DNA from: a virus
Strand: one strand, 5' to 3'
IMG/VR virus record: IMGVR_UViG_3300025438_000010
Span: 1-64,000 of that record
Length of the DNA: 64,000 nucleotides
The notes beneath the pieces were generated by a model. It made no database searches. It had not been told where the DNA came from and saw only the letters and a list, made by a program, of their open reading frames with translations. Of the stretch, positions 1-9,155 are shown one piece after another. Position 1 is the stretch's first letter. Every line of letters starts with the position of its first letter. The translations under genes were made by a program, and so were the position numbers.

Positions 1-286
1 ACTTTGCAAAGGGACTCTGCCCCACAGGCTCCCAGCCCTGAGTCTTGCCCGTCACCTCATCCACGTTATCGACCAGATAATTCTCGGGTGCAGCTTTGCC
101 CGGCTTAACCTCGCGGCGAGCCCACCACTCACCATTGTTATCGAGCATCATGCAAGTGCCATCATACTTCCGGGTCGCCACACCCTCACCAGCTAACACC
201 CACTCGCACCCCGGCGTAACCTCATCAGTAACATGCGCCCTATCTTCCAGGTCACGCACAAACAGTGTCGGTATTTTTTTCATCAT
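1..286 (-). CDS. RNA ligase-like nucleotidyltransferase (DUF5565-like), runs off the window edge
   Basis: Hand translation, not in ORF track: MMKKIPTLFVRD...VTPGCEWVLAGEGVATRKYDGTC. KxDG ligase motif I; GAAGGGG SD upstream. Confidence 0.7.
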   Translation of the reverse strand, partial: MMKKIPTLFVRDLEDRAHVTDEVTPGCEWVLAGEGVATRKYDGTCMMLDNNGEWWARREVKPGKAAPENYLVDNVDEVTGKTQGWEPVGQSPFAK

Positions 287-446
287 TTCCCCTTCATTTG
301 ACTTGTGATTACCACCATACACAGTTATTCAGGCAACACAACTACTTGCAACCAAACTCCCCAGCCCTACACTCCCAATGCTCCCCAATATCGTGCATAG
401 CCTTAACCCACGCCCTCGCGTCCGGCAACTCAGCCGGTGGCCTCGT

Positions 447-695
447 CTATTCGACAGAAACTACACGAGTGCTGAGCCACCAATTATCAAGCCCAGATAT
501 GTACATACGCATACCAACAACAGGATCCCCGTGAGGGAGCGAAACGATATCGCTAAGACTCGCTACCTCTTCGGTCACCGGAATAATGATAAAAGGTTTG
601 AAGGCATCAATGCGCCTTCCATCCTTATCGGTCTTCACACAAATGCCATGATCGTCGATGTCGTAAACCGAGCCGGTCTCTGTGGTTATCTTCAT
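447..695 (-). CDS. hypothetical phage protein
   Basis: 82 aa; ATGA overlap with 692..922. Confidence 0.7.
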   Translation of the reverse strand: MKITTETGSVYDIDDHGICVKTDKDGRRIDAFKPFIIIPVTEEVASLSDIVSLPHGDPVVGMRMYISGLDNWWLSTRVVSVE

Positions 696-922
696 GATGG
701 AAAGTTCTCCGCGTCATCGGCCCAAAGGTCAGTAAAGACGCGCTCGGGTACGATGTGTCCTTTGGTTTTGTGCACCTCAAGGTGGTCAACCATTGCTTTC
801 GTTGAGTGGGCCTCGAAAGAACCCCAGTCCTCTTTATCCATGACACAGGCGCAACACTCTAGGTGACCGCCGACATGCATAAAGACGTAGACCTCGCCCT
901 CGAGGAACCTGCAGTAAGACAT
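692..922 (-). CDS. small Cys/His (Zn-binding-like) protein, paralog of 2980..3219
   Basis: CxxC...HLEVH pattern shared with the paralog. Confidence 0.7.
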   Translation of the reverse strand: MSYCRFLEGEVYVFMHVGGHLECCACVMDKEDWGSFEAHSTKAMVDHLEVHKTKGHIVPERVFTDLWADDAENFPS

Positions 923-1089
923 AGGAGCTCTTAGGCCTCTCGAGTAACTAAACGTCTCTTGGTCTGGTCAAAAACCTTAGGACGCTTCTTGTACGGCTTC
1001 TCTCCTCTGCCAGAGCCGGAGCCTGCAGAAGGATCTTTTTTCTTTGCTTGTTTACCCATGGCGAAAGAATAGCATAGACTGGTTGAAAT

Positions 1090-1281
1090 ATGACAAACAA
1101 ATTTGGGTGGTGTCTAGATAAAAACCACAAAACGTGCAGAGTTCACTATCGAGATTTCGTCAGTCAAGAAATTATAGAGTGCTCTTGCGAGTGCCACGAG
1201 GGGCAGAAAAAACCTCTGCTGCCGGAGCCTCGGGTGGTTAGTGCAGCCAAACCTTCGCGCTCCCGCTCCACTAAGAAGTAG
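1090..1281 (+). CDS. hypothetical Cys/His-rich protein
   Basis: WCLDxxHxxC...CSCECH. Confidence 0.6.
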   Translation: MTNKFGWCLDKNHKTCRVHYRDFVSQEIIECSCECHEGQKKPLLPEPRVVSAAKPSRSRSTKK

Positions 1282-1390
1282 TGCAGTGACAGTTGTTTTT
1301 AGCGCACGCCTCACAGTGGTGGGGGTCGATGAGGATTGACTGCAGTATTTCGCACACGCAGTAGTCGCTATTGTGCTCCATACATACCTC

Positions 1391-1603
1391 CTATTTCTTA
1401 GGGCTCGCCTTTGCGGTGACACGAGCCAGCTCAAGGATTGAGTACACAATCGCTCTTTGAGCGTAAAAGCTACTGTCCTCGGTGTCGTGGATCTCCGCCC
1501 AAGCCAAAGCGTCTAGGGCTGAAGACTTAAACTCGGTCTTCTTAGCCTCCGCTTCGTAGAACCTGGCGTGCTTTTCCTGCTGACGACTTTGATAGTCATT
1601 CAT
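1391..1603 (-). CDS. hypothetical protein
   Basis: 70 aa; AAGGAG SD; coupled to 1596..1877. Confidence 0.65.
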   Translation of the reverse strand: MNDYQSRQQEKHARFYEAEAKKTEFKSSALDALAWAEIHDTEDSSFYAQRAIVYSILELARVTAKASPKK

Positions 1604-1877
1604 TTTCTTTAATCTCCTTAAGTATTCCTGCTAAAGAGTTAAATCCTACGTCATCTATCTCATGCTCGTCAAGGAAGGATTCAAAAGCTTCTTCAACGAG
1701 GTCTGTCGCGTCGGGAGAAAGCTCATCGATAAGCTCTTCTGAGTAGGCGTATGCGAGAGTAACACCTAGAAGATTAAAATTAAAAAAATCTGAATAGGCT
1801 AATTCATCACGCTTGGCCCAAATATCTGCAAGAATGTCACATACGTTGTCAAAAGAGGTTGTTAATGCCTGATCCAT
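1596..1877 (-). CDS. hypothetical acidic protein
   Basis: 93 aa; leaderless TAGACT-N6-ATG. Confidence 0.7.
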   Translation of the reverse strand: MDQALTTSFDNVCDILADIWAKRDELAYSDFFNFNLLGVTLAYAYSEELIDELSPDATDLVEEAFESFLDEHEIDDVGFNSLAGILKEIKENE

Positions 1878-1928
1878 ACATCCAGTCTACCCGTAAAATA
1901 GAATATGTAGAAGTAGAAAGGTAGTTTT

Positions 1929-2657
1929 TTGATATACGAATGGTTAATGGACGGACACGTCCGCAACTTTGGTGATGCGCTATATGAAGTATTTGTTGAT
2001 CCTGAGACTTTAAAAGACTGGAAGCAAGACGAGGAAAAAATGCACTTTCCTATTGGAAGTGTTATACACAATCAAGTAATAGTAGAGACACTAGAGCTGG
2101 GATACACGCCAGTCTTCTATGACTGTGGGTGGCGGGGGGAAGAACTAGATCCGGACTTAGTTAAAGAGTGCACCTTCCTAGGAGCCCGAGGACCTCACAC
2201 CCAGGGGGAGCTGGCTCGGCACGGAGTGGTTGTCCCCATGTCCTTGGATGCGGCGTACAAAATACCTAAAATTGTACCTAAGGGAGTTCCTCACGGTATG
2301 ACAGTATCTATCCGACACATTATGGACGACTCGGACTACAGCATTGACGCTGCTCTTGCTTTGGGAGTAGACGCTCTTTTTGCCCCAGCTGTAGGAGAAA
2401 AACAAGATGTTCTGGATCTTATTGAAAAAATATCGGGTGCCAGGTTTGTCCTAGCGGGGTCAATGCATGCTGCAATTATTGCGCATGCCTACGAAGTACC
2501 GTTTGCTTTATTAGACACCGGATACATTAATTGCTCCCCTAAGTGGGAAGATTGGTTGGCATCCATTGAGGTAACAGATGTAGACTGGGTAGATAACATT
2601 ATTGACGGCAGAAAGTGGCATAAGTCCGCTGTACTGAAAGGAAGCACTCATGGATGA
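1929..2657 (+). CDS. polysaccharide pyruvyl transferase family protein
   Basis: NFGD, GARGPHT and SMHAAIIAHAYEVP motifs. Confidence 0.75.
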   Translation: MIYEWLMDGHVRNFGDALYEVFVDPETLKDWKQDEEKMHFPIGSVIHNQVIVETLELGYTPVFYDCGWRGEELDPDLVKECTFLGARGPHTQGELARHGVVVPMSLDAAYKIPKIVPKGVPHGMTVSIRHIMDDSDYSIDAALALGVDALFAPAVGEKQDVLDLIEKISGARFVLAGSMHAAIIAHAYEVPFALLDTGYINCSPKWEDWLASIEVTDVDWVDNIIDGRKWHKSAVLKGSTHG

Positions 2658-2772
2658 AGAACTTGAAGGTTTTGAAGACGACGACTACTTAGACGACATT
2701 ATTGGGCTTCCTCTCGTGGACGACGAGGACTTTGACGAGCAAGACCTACTGGACGAGGATGAGTACGAATAA
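2650..2772 (+). CDS. 40-aa highly acidic peptide
   Basis: MDEELEGFEDDDYLDDIIGLPLVDDEDFDEQDLLDEDEYE; overlaps both neighbours (TAATG). Confidence 0.6.
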   Translation: MDEELEGFEDDDYLDDIIGLPLVDDEDFDEQDLLDEDEYE

Positions 2773-3050
2773 TGGAAGATGATATTATTTGGGAGGGCCT
2801 TGTAGGGCTCAACAACTTTAAAGCAAAAATCCACGTCATTGCCCCGCAGGTGATGAAGAGAGGTTTGCTTAAAATCTACACACTTGATGACAAACTTCTA
2901 TACCAAAAAGAAGTTCCGGTTAACCGAATGGAAAAGTTTGGAGGGACTGAGCGAGAGATGAAGTGGTGGAATAAAGAAATTAGGAACTGGGTTCTGAATA
3001 ATTCACCGTATCGTCCTCAAGCAATCTTTCCTTCAGATCCTGAGGAATAG
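2772..3050 (+). CDS. hypothetical protein
   Basis: 92 aa; coupled start. Confidence 0.6.
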   Translation: MEDDIIWEGLVGLNNFKAKIHVIAPQVMKRGLLKIYTLDDKLLYQKEVPVNRMEKFGGTEREMKWWNKEIRNWVLNNSPYRPQAIFPSDPEE

Positions 3051-3219
3051 CATCTCCCGTGCGCTCGTGCGCCTCGAGGTGACCAATCATCTCTTCTGTA
3101 GACGGAGCAAAGTAGGCTGGCTCAATGAAGTCTCCAAACCGGCACATATAACATGCCAAGCCTCTGGTTTCCGTTTTTACGATAGATACGTCATAATGGG
3201 GTATTGAGCAATAAATCAT
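2980..3219 (-). CDS. small Cys/His protein, paralog of 692..922
   Basis: Start moved to MIYCS (leaderless TATACT-N6-ATG); CxxC...STEEMIGHLEAH. Confidence 0.65.
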   Translation of the reverse strand: MIYCSIPHYDVSIVKTETRGLACYMCRFGDFIEPAYFAPSTEEMIGHLEAHERTGDAIPQDLKERLLEDDTVNYSEPSS

Positions 3220-3240
3220 TTTTCGAGTATAGAGGAAAAA

Positions 3241-3606
3241 ATGGAAACTACAAAGATAGACATCCAAGACAGAGAGTGGGCATCAGAGCTGCAGATTGAT
3301 TTGCAGGAGTACATTATGCGGTTGTACGATTCTGTAGACGCAGAAGAAGGAACAAGAGAGTATGAGTGGGGTATTGAGACGGCTAGCGGTCTCCCCTTTT
3401 GTGGGTGTGACGTCTGCCAAGGAAGAGAGATTCTGAGTTTCCTGAGCGGGCAAATTATTGAAGGCTATAGAGCCGGGAAGATAGGTCTTTACGAAGATGA
3501 CCCCTCGTCGTCTTCATCAAACTCTTCCATGTCTTCCTCCAGCTCTTCGACGGTGCTGGGGTGTCGTTCGGCTTCTCCTGAAGACCCGTCCCTGTTTGAG
3601 GGGTGA
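3241..3606 (+). CDS. hypothetical protein with CxCxxC
   Basis: GAGG SD; PFCGCDVC; Ser-rich tail overlaps the convergent gene. Confidence 0.6.
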   Translation: METTKIDIQDREWASELQIDLQEYIMRLYDSVDAEEGTREYEWGIETASGLPFCGCDVCQGREILSFLSGQIIEGYRAGKIGLYEDDPSSSSSNSSMSSSSSSTVLGCRSASPEDPSLFEG

Positions 3607-3836
3607 TCATACTGAGGGGAGATGGTGACCTCATCTTCGTACCCCTCATCTCCCACATCCATGGATACAACTGCCATGGAGATGATAAAGAGAGCCTGCC
3701 TTTCACTAAAACCAACTCGTAGAAGAGAGAGGAACATTTCATGCATCTCATGAGACTGCGCATCAAGTGGGCTCATTGAAGCAGAGCCCGCAAGCTGGGA
3801 AAAAAGTTTGTTTAGGTCTTCCGGCTCTTCGCTCAT
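3489..3836 (-). CDS. hypothetical protein with acidic tail
   Basis: leaderless TAGACT-N6-ATG; HEMFLSLLRVGFSERQAL. Confidence 0.65.
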   Translation of the reverse strand: MSEEPEDLNKLFSQLAGSASMSPLDAQSHEMHEMFLSLLRVGFSERQALFIISMAVVSMDVGDEGYEDEVTISPQYDHPSNRDGSSGEAERHPSTVEELEEDMEEFDEDDEGSSS

Positions 3837-4018
3837 GTAACCAGTCTAGAAGGTAACAAGCCAGCTTAGTCAGTGTATCTTTGGTGTTTTTAAAAATAAG
3901 ACTAAAAAAATAAAGTAGATTCCTGGAAAACCTTGAAAAATAAACTGTCCTGGTGTGGCGATCGAAAGTCGTGGTTGTGGGTTATTTAATAAATCTGGTA
4001 ATATAGTAATATAGCAGT

Positions 4019-4297
4019 ATGGGACGGATTAAAAAATCTAAACAACAAACTCCTAACGCTTCCGCGCACTGGGTAGTCAACGAAGAAATGATGATTAACA
4101 ATCGTCATGTAGCCAGAGGCACAGAACTGTCTATCTATGGACAGCGTGGGAGGTTTCGTTTCTATAAGCACGTCTTAAATGAGGACAAAGAATGGATAGA
4201 CGTGATAGACAAGTTTAAAGCTTTTCGATCTTTTAGGGTTGAAGATGTTAAAAGAGTTCACTACAAGAACAAAATCAGGCTCCCTAAGGGGAAGTAG
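4019..4297 (+). CDS. basic hypothetical protein
   Basis: leaderless TAATAT-N6-ATG; 92 aa. Confidence 0.7.
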   Translation: MGRIKKSKQQTPNASAHWVVNEEMMINNRHVARGTELSIYGQRGRFRFYKHVLNEDKEWIDVIDKFKAFRSFRVEDVKRVHYKNKIRLPKGK

Positions 4298-4339
4298 AAT
4301 AAATCAGCGCCCGTTACTACAACTGCACGAAAAAAGAAG

Positions 4340-4594
4340 TCAGCCCCTAAAAAGAAGCTCTGACTCGTCAACCACATCAAGGGCCAGCTCAAAGATAGTG
4401 TCTTCGTGCCTGTCAAAGTGGTGCTTGCAGAAAAAAAGATTGCCATAGTCAAAAGAAACCATGAAGTAGCTCTGCGAATTACAGGCGTCGCATCGCTCGT
4501 TCAAGGTATACCATTCAGTTGTTTCTGTTGACGCAGACAGAAGCGCGAGGCTTGCGGGGTCTGTGGGGGGCAGCTCAGCCATTAAACTCCACAA
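4340..4594 (-). CDS. actinobacterial-type small Zn-binding protein
   Basis: RCDAC...LFFCKHH; start uncertain. Confidence 0.65.
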   Translation of the reverse strand: MWSLMAELPPTDPASLALLSASTETTEWYTLNERCDACNSQSYFMVSFDYGNLFFCKHHFDRHEDTIFELALDVVDESELLFRG

Positions 4595-4808
4595 TCAGCT
4601 CTGAGCAAGTAGGGCAAACGGGGTAGTTGTCAGGATTGCGATGAGGAACCCAAATCTTTCCGCAAAGAGCCATGACTGGATACCCCTCAACGGCTGCGAG
4701 GAGAGCGTCTTCTTTGGTGACGTAGTGAGAGAAGACATCGTGGTCGCCGTCTTCTGTAAACGTGCGAACTTGCTCATAGGTCAAAGCTCCGGATCCTGTT
4801 AGTGCCAT
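4575..4808 (-). CDS. DUF3039 domain protein
   Basis: GDHDVFSHYV...ALCGKIWVP...PVCPTC. Confidence 0.85.
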   Translation of the reverse strand: MALTGSGALTYEQVRTFTEDGDHDVFSHYVTKEDALLAAVEGYPVMALCGKIWVPHRNPDNYPVCPTCSELIVEFNG

Positions 4809-4817
4809 ATAAAAAGT

Positions 4818-5774
4818 TTAGTACTGAACAGGAGTAAGTGACTTGGATACTACCGACTTAGGCATAATTGCAATGTGGCTAGAGACATCTTCTCTCCCGA
4901 AAGAAATTAAAAAGTCGGTGCCTCGCTCGACTATTCCAGAACAAAACTCCACCCCTGGCTTGTGAAACTGAAAGCCTTTTGATAGAGCTACAATCATTCC
5001 TCTGGCGTCAAACTCGACAAAATAGTGGACATAGTTGCGTAAATAACTGTCTTTGTGTCCGAAGGCTCTCTGGTCCCATACCCTGCTTTGCTCAGCGTAG
5101 GTTCTGTGCATGACTCCAATATAGCCGGACTCTCCCCAGGGGAGCAGATTGCTGCTACCCCGCAAGGTGGATACCTCGGGGTTGTCGGTCATCCAGCTTG
5201 TCACAAGCTCTCCGGTGACCGTCGCGTTGGGGCCATAAATCCAGTCAAAAAAATCAGAGGGTTCATAGAGAGGAGTCATCCAGTTTTTTTCGGGGCGCTG
5301 ATCATCAATCCCGCTAAACTTTGTAAACTCTGTTAGGCAGTTCTTCCTTAGGTCTACTTTTGCTACTGCCATCCGAGCTGCCGGAGTGATGTCTTTCTCC
5401 ATCGTTACACACGAAAAGTACATCTGACCGTCCCTGTAGAAAATTTTAGGGTCCTCCGGCCCTCGCTCGAAGTTCCAGCCTTCAACGGTAGACGTATCAA
5501 TCTGCCTCAAGTTCTTTACTTTTAAATCCTTGGTTAGCTCTGAAAACCAAATGTTGGAGTGGAACTTGTTATCGGGAGTATTAGGGAGGTAAGAACCATT
5601 AGGAGCAATGATGTAGTTACTGGAGCGAAAGGCCACAACCAACCCTTTACGCGGGAAGTAGCCTATAGAGGGGTTAGTAGCTCCCCAGTTTTTATCATCG
5701 GACTTGACCAATCTTAAAAGGTCAACAATATCTCCGCCAAGCTGACGGACAGTAGGATATGCCTTGAGAACCAT
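4818..5774 (-). CDS. five-bladed beta-propeller glycoside hydrolase/transferase-like protein (GH130/GT91-like)
   Basis: NPSI, EDPK, EKNW, LRGS and VEFC motifs. Confidence 0.6.
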   Translation of the reverse strand: MVLKAYPTVRQLGGDIVDLLRLVKSDDKNWGATNPSIGYFPRKGLVVAFRSSNYIIAPNGSYLPNTPDNKFHSNIWFSELTKDLKVKNLRQIDTSTVEGWNFERGPEDPKIFYRDGQMYFSCVTMEKDITPAARMAVAKVDLRKNCLTEFTKFSGIDDQRPEKNWMTPLYEPSDFFDWIYGPNATVTGELVTSWMTDNPEVSTLRGSSNLLPWGESGYIGVMHRTYAEQSRVWDQRAFGHKDSYLRNYVHYFVEFDARGMIVALSKGFQFHKPGVEFCSGIVERGTDFLISFGREDVSSHIAIMPKSVVSKSLTPVQY

Positions 5775-5778
5775 AAGA

Positions 5779-6555
5779 CTAGTCTACATAGATAACAGAG
5801 GGATACCTATCGACGACAGGCCCTATTTTTTTAGCAACAGTAAAGATGTTGTCGCCAAGATGTTGCATGGAGAAGCCTAGATTTTTTAGACCTTCGAGGG
5901 GAAGCTCGGCGGGAGCTGCAAAAATATTTTCCGTCCACGCGGATCCGTCAAAGCCGGCTGCCTGGAGAACCTTAGACAGAGAATAGACGGTGTACTCATA
6001 GTTGTGTCGGTCCATTGACCCGGAAAGGCGGTACTGCATATAGAAGTACGGATCTAAGCCCTTCAACATGTTGCTTAGCCCCCTAGAGCTGGCGATGTTC
6101 GGAGTTGTCAGAAGCATAAGACCCCCTGGCTTGAGCACTCTGTTTAGCTCGGAGAGCATAAACATCGGGTCTTGCTCCATGTGCTCGATAACCTCAGAGC
6201 AAAGAATGTAGTCGAATGTCTCGTCTTCTACAGGAAGAGGAGTTGTTTCTAGATTAACTCGATATGCAGGGACTTTTCTAATGTTGTCCCCCATTTTAAT
6301 TGTTTTAGTCCCGCTGGCGTTCTTAGTTAAATCGTACTCTGTGACATGCACCTCTAAGCGTGGGGCCACTAATTCAAGAATGATGGGGACAATAGAAGAT
6401 GTCCCGATCTCAAGGAGCTTACCCTTTACGGGGCTCTGGTCCATGAGAACACTAAGTGTCCTGGCATACCTTAAATGATGAACTCGTAAGTACGGATCGT
6501 CCTGAGGGATGAGATCTTTTAAATGTCTACTGACAAACGGATTTATTTCTGGCAC
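5779..6555 (-). CDS. class I SAM-dependent methyltransferase
   Basis: LLEIG, LP..DETFD, EVIEH, RVLKPGG..TTPN. Confidence 0.9.
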   Translation of the reverse strand: MPEINPFVSRHLKDLIPQDDPYLRVHHLRYARTLSVLMDQSPVKGKLLEIGTSSIVPIILELVAPRLEVHVTEYDLTKNASGTKTIKMGDNIRKVPAYRVNLETTPLPVEDETFDYILCSEVIEHMEQDPMFMLSELNRVLKPGGLMLLTTPNIASSRGLSNMLKGLDPYFYMQYRLSGSMDRHNYEYTVYSLSKVLQAAGFDGSAWTENIFAAPAELPLEGLKNLGFSMQHLGDNIFTVAKKIGPVVDRYPSVIYVD

Positions 6556-6559
6556 ACAT

Positions 6560-7282
6560 CTAGTCTAGCGAAATATCAAACTTAGGGGTGTTGCGACCCG
6601 CGGGGACGCACGCTTCCCCTCCTTGTAGAAGAAGAGCGGTGAGATCCCTATACTTAATAATCCCTGAGCCATTGATTCCATAGCTAGTGCCCCAAGAGTT
6701 GCGCCACCTGAAAACTTCCTGAGCTTTTCCATTCACCACGTAAGAAGGATCGTAACCCGTGACCACCAAACAGTGGCCACCCACGTGGTCTCCTTCAACT
6801 GTCACAACGCCATTTCTTGTTGTCCGATACATCCCCGAATACCAGGGAATTCCGATGACTACGGGACCATAACTAATGATGCAGTCCCTAACATCCCAGG
6901 AGCCGAAACACCAGCGGTATGAACCAATCTGTCCGTCCTCTTGCATTATCTTTGCACCCGCTAAAACAGAAGTACCTTCATAGTTTTCTCCAGGAATGTC
7001 ATCAATCTTTTGAGCCCTGCGATATGCCAAAGTTGCGTAGTCCTGAGCTGCTGCCACTGTCGGGTTGGGGGATGGGGTGAAGGGCTCAGCCAATAGTTCT
7101 GCGGTCCAGCCATACCCAACGCAGGCACCCTCGCGTCCCTGATTGAGGACCGGGCCCTCTTTCCAGAAGACAGGCCGTCGCTGCACCGGAGCTGGGAGGA
7201 TAGATCGAACGGCGTAGTTTTTAGAACGCGGATCGTGGGTCGATGTCCAGTCCAGGACTCTTTCTTCAGGAAGGATGATCAT
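6560..7282 (-). CDS. papain-like (C1) cysteine peptidase
   Basis: NQGREGACVG, GGHC, WRNSWG catalytic motifs; leaderless. Confidence 0.85.
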   Translation of the reverse strand: MIILPEERVLDWTSTHDPRSKNYAVRSILPAPVQRRPVFWKEGPVLNQGREGACVGYGWTAELLAEPFTPSPNPTVAAAQDYATLAYRRAQKIDDIPGENYEGTSVLAGAKIMQEDGQIGSYRWCFGSWDVRDCIISYGPVVIGIPWYSGMYRTTRNGVVTVEGDHVGGHCLVVTGYDPSYVVNGKAQEVFRWRNSWGTSYGINGSGIIKYRDLTALLLQGGEACVPAGRNTPKFDISLD

Positions 7283-7301
7283 TGTACAAGTTTATCATTT
7301 G

Positions 7302-7374
7302 CTGGCTACCCTGGACTCGAACCAGGAACATTTCGGTTAACAGCCGAACGCTCTGCCAATTGAGCTAGTAGCCA
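7302..7374 (-). tRNA. tRNA-Asn(GTT)
   Basis: Cloverleaf: acceptor TGGCTAC/GTAGCCA, anticodon arm TTCGG-CTGTTAA-CCGAA, T-loop TTCGAGT; CCA not encoded. Confidence 0.95.
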
Positions 7375-7378
7375 TTAG

Positions 7379-7452
7379 AGCCTCCTGTCAGATTCGAACT
7401 GACGACTTCCACTTTACAAGAGTGGCACTCTGACCAACTGAGTTAAGGAGGC
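7379..7452 (-). tRNA. tRNA-Thr(TGT)
   Basis: Acceptor GCCTCCT/AGGAGGC, anticodon arm CCACT-CTTGTAA-AGTGG, T-loop TTCGAAT. Confidence 0.95.
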
Positions 7453-7457
7453 TGAAC

Positions 7458-7718
7458 TTACTTCCAGTCGTCTGGGCTGTCGCCGTTTATGTTCAGCTCC
7501 TTGGGCCACGGAAGGCCCGCATCTCGCCAGGCTGGGGGAACAGTAGTTCCTTCTTTCCAAATGTGTGAGTAGATCCTATCCCCAACATCTCGAAGATCGA
7601 TGCCGGTCTCTTCATAGATTTGCTCACCGTCTAGTTCCATGGTGGCTAACCAGTGAGATAGTTCCTCCTCGTGGTAGACGTGTTTGATCTTGATAACAAG
7701 TTCTCTATCTTCAAGCAA
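7458..7718 (-). CDS. hypothetical protein
   Basis: GGGAGGT SD before TTG. Confidence 0.65.
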   Translation of the reverse strand: MLEDRELVIKIKHVYHEEELSHWLATMELDGEQIYEETGIDLRDVGDRIYSHIWKEGTTVPPAWRDAGLPWPKELNINGDSPDDWK

Positions 7719-7956
7719 GGGTTACCTCCCTCTCACTCTTCGCTCTTTGTAGCACTTTGGGCAGTAGCTACCCATAAACCTTACCCGGTGTGTGTAGCAG
7801 GGATAGCCTTTTCTAGGTCTTTTGGACATTAAGATTAAAAAATACTAATAAGATAAATTGTCGGCACAATAATTGCTAAGACAAAACTAATCCAGGAAAG
7901 GTGTTTGTAGTCTTCTTCGGTTTTTTTGAACGGCTTACGAGAAGCCACGTCTGCCA

Positions 7957-8694
7957 TTAGTATTTTCCGCCGTTAAGAGCTCTCTGGAGGCCACTGATGG
8001 TCCCACGGCCCCAGATGCCGTCAATTCTCCCTGTATAGAAACCTCTGGACTGAAGGCGCCTCTGAACCGCCCGTCTGGTGTTGGGCCCCATGATTCCGTC
8101 AATCCCGTTCTTGGGGTATCCGTGCTTGACTCCGGAGCGCTGAATGGCACGATAGGTCATAGGACCAGGTCGACCATCGATCATTCCTTCGTAATCCCAA
8201 GCTACTTTAAGTGCGTCTTGCCATGCTTTCCAGGTGTTGCGGTCAAGTCTTCCATGGACCTGAAGCAAGGCCGGGCTCACCGGCGCTGAGATTGTTCCAT
8301 CAATCAGCGGGAGAGGATCCTGGGTGCGTCCCCAAAGCCTTGAGGTCCTTGCTTCGAAGTGAAGATGGTTTCCAGTAGAAGCACCTGTAGTGCCTGCACG
8401 GTAAATAAATTCTCCTGGTCGAACCCGAGCGTTCTTCTTTAAAGGAGTCCGGTGCTCTCCGTGGTAATAAACGGTGTAAAGATTAGATGCATGCTTAATA
8501 ATGACGACATGCCCCCCTCCCTTGGGGGACCAGCCGATGTGGACCACCTTGCCGTCGCCTGCGCTGAGGACATTGAACGATCCACCAAAATCAATACCGT
8601 GGTGCATTTTGCCGAGCTCCCCCGTGATGGGGTGCCTGCGGGGGCCGTAGGGGCTGGTGATAGGGCGTTTGGGGGCGGGATGTGAAAGCTTCAT
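7957..8694 (-). CDS. endolysin: M23 peptidase plus peptidoglycan-binding domains
   Basis: HHGID, YYH, STGNHLHFE; C-terminal DGxxGPxT repeats. Confidence 0.9.
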   Translation of the reverse strand: MKLSHPAPKRPITSPYGPRRHPITGELGKMHHGIDFGGSFNVLSAGDGKVVHIGWSPKGGGHVVIIKHASNLYTVYYHGEHRTPLKKNARVRPGEFIYRAGTTGASTGNHLHFEARTSRLWGRTQDPLPLIDGTISAPVSPALLQVHGRLDRNTWKAWQDALKVAWDYEGMIDGRPGPMTYRAIQRSGVKHGYPKNGIDGIMGPNTRRAVQRRLQSRGFYTGRIDGIWGRGTISGLQRALNGGKY

Positions 8695-8728
8695 ATATGT
8701 AGTGTACCTTTTTTAAAACTGTGCTAAT

Positions 8729-9073
8729 TTGACGAACAAGATATTAAATGAAAGAGAGAGTGAGATGTCCTGGATTAATAACCCCGAGCTAACCTCGGAT
8801 CAAAAAGAAAAAATTTACTACGAAAGTATGGAAAAAGCCATGGATGCTGGCGGAAAGCTGGCACTTAGTGAAGTACCTATGTTCCAGTTCAACCTGGCTC
8901 AGCTGCACCACGAGGCAAAAAAAGAAAGCCAGGAAAGGGCAGACGCTTTCCTCGAAGCATTAGAGCTGAGCTGCTTCCACTTTAAAGCTCAAGAGGGTGT
9001 AGACGGGGAAGTTGCGTGGGAATCTAGAGAGGCTAAAGCTCAAGAGGTTTTGAGTCTTGCCAGGAAGTCTTAA
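8729..9073 (+). CDS. hypothetical protein
   Basis: 114-aa ORF; true start probably the internal ATG (MSWINN). Confidence 0.6.
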   Translation: MTNKILNERESEMSWINNPELTSDQKEKIYYESMEKAMDAGGKLALSEVPMFQFNLAQLHHEAKKESQERADAFLEALELSCFHFKAQEGVDGEVAWESREAKAQEVLSLARKS

Positions 9074-9082
9074 ACATTAGGT

Positions 9083-9110
9083 AAAAGAAAAGCCCTCCAA
9101 AGGGAGGGCT
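9083..9110 (-). terminator. intrinsic terminator between convergent genes
   Basis: AGCCCTCC-N4-GGAGGGCT with U-tract on minus strand. Confidence 0.7.
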
Positions 9111-9155
9111 GATCTTTACTTGCCTTTACCGCAAGTGCAGTTTCCGTTACACATA

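Noticed and set aside
1891-1920. Extra CCGTAAAA copy
   Set aside because: No TANNNT at +26 and no upstream hairpin.
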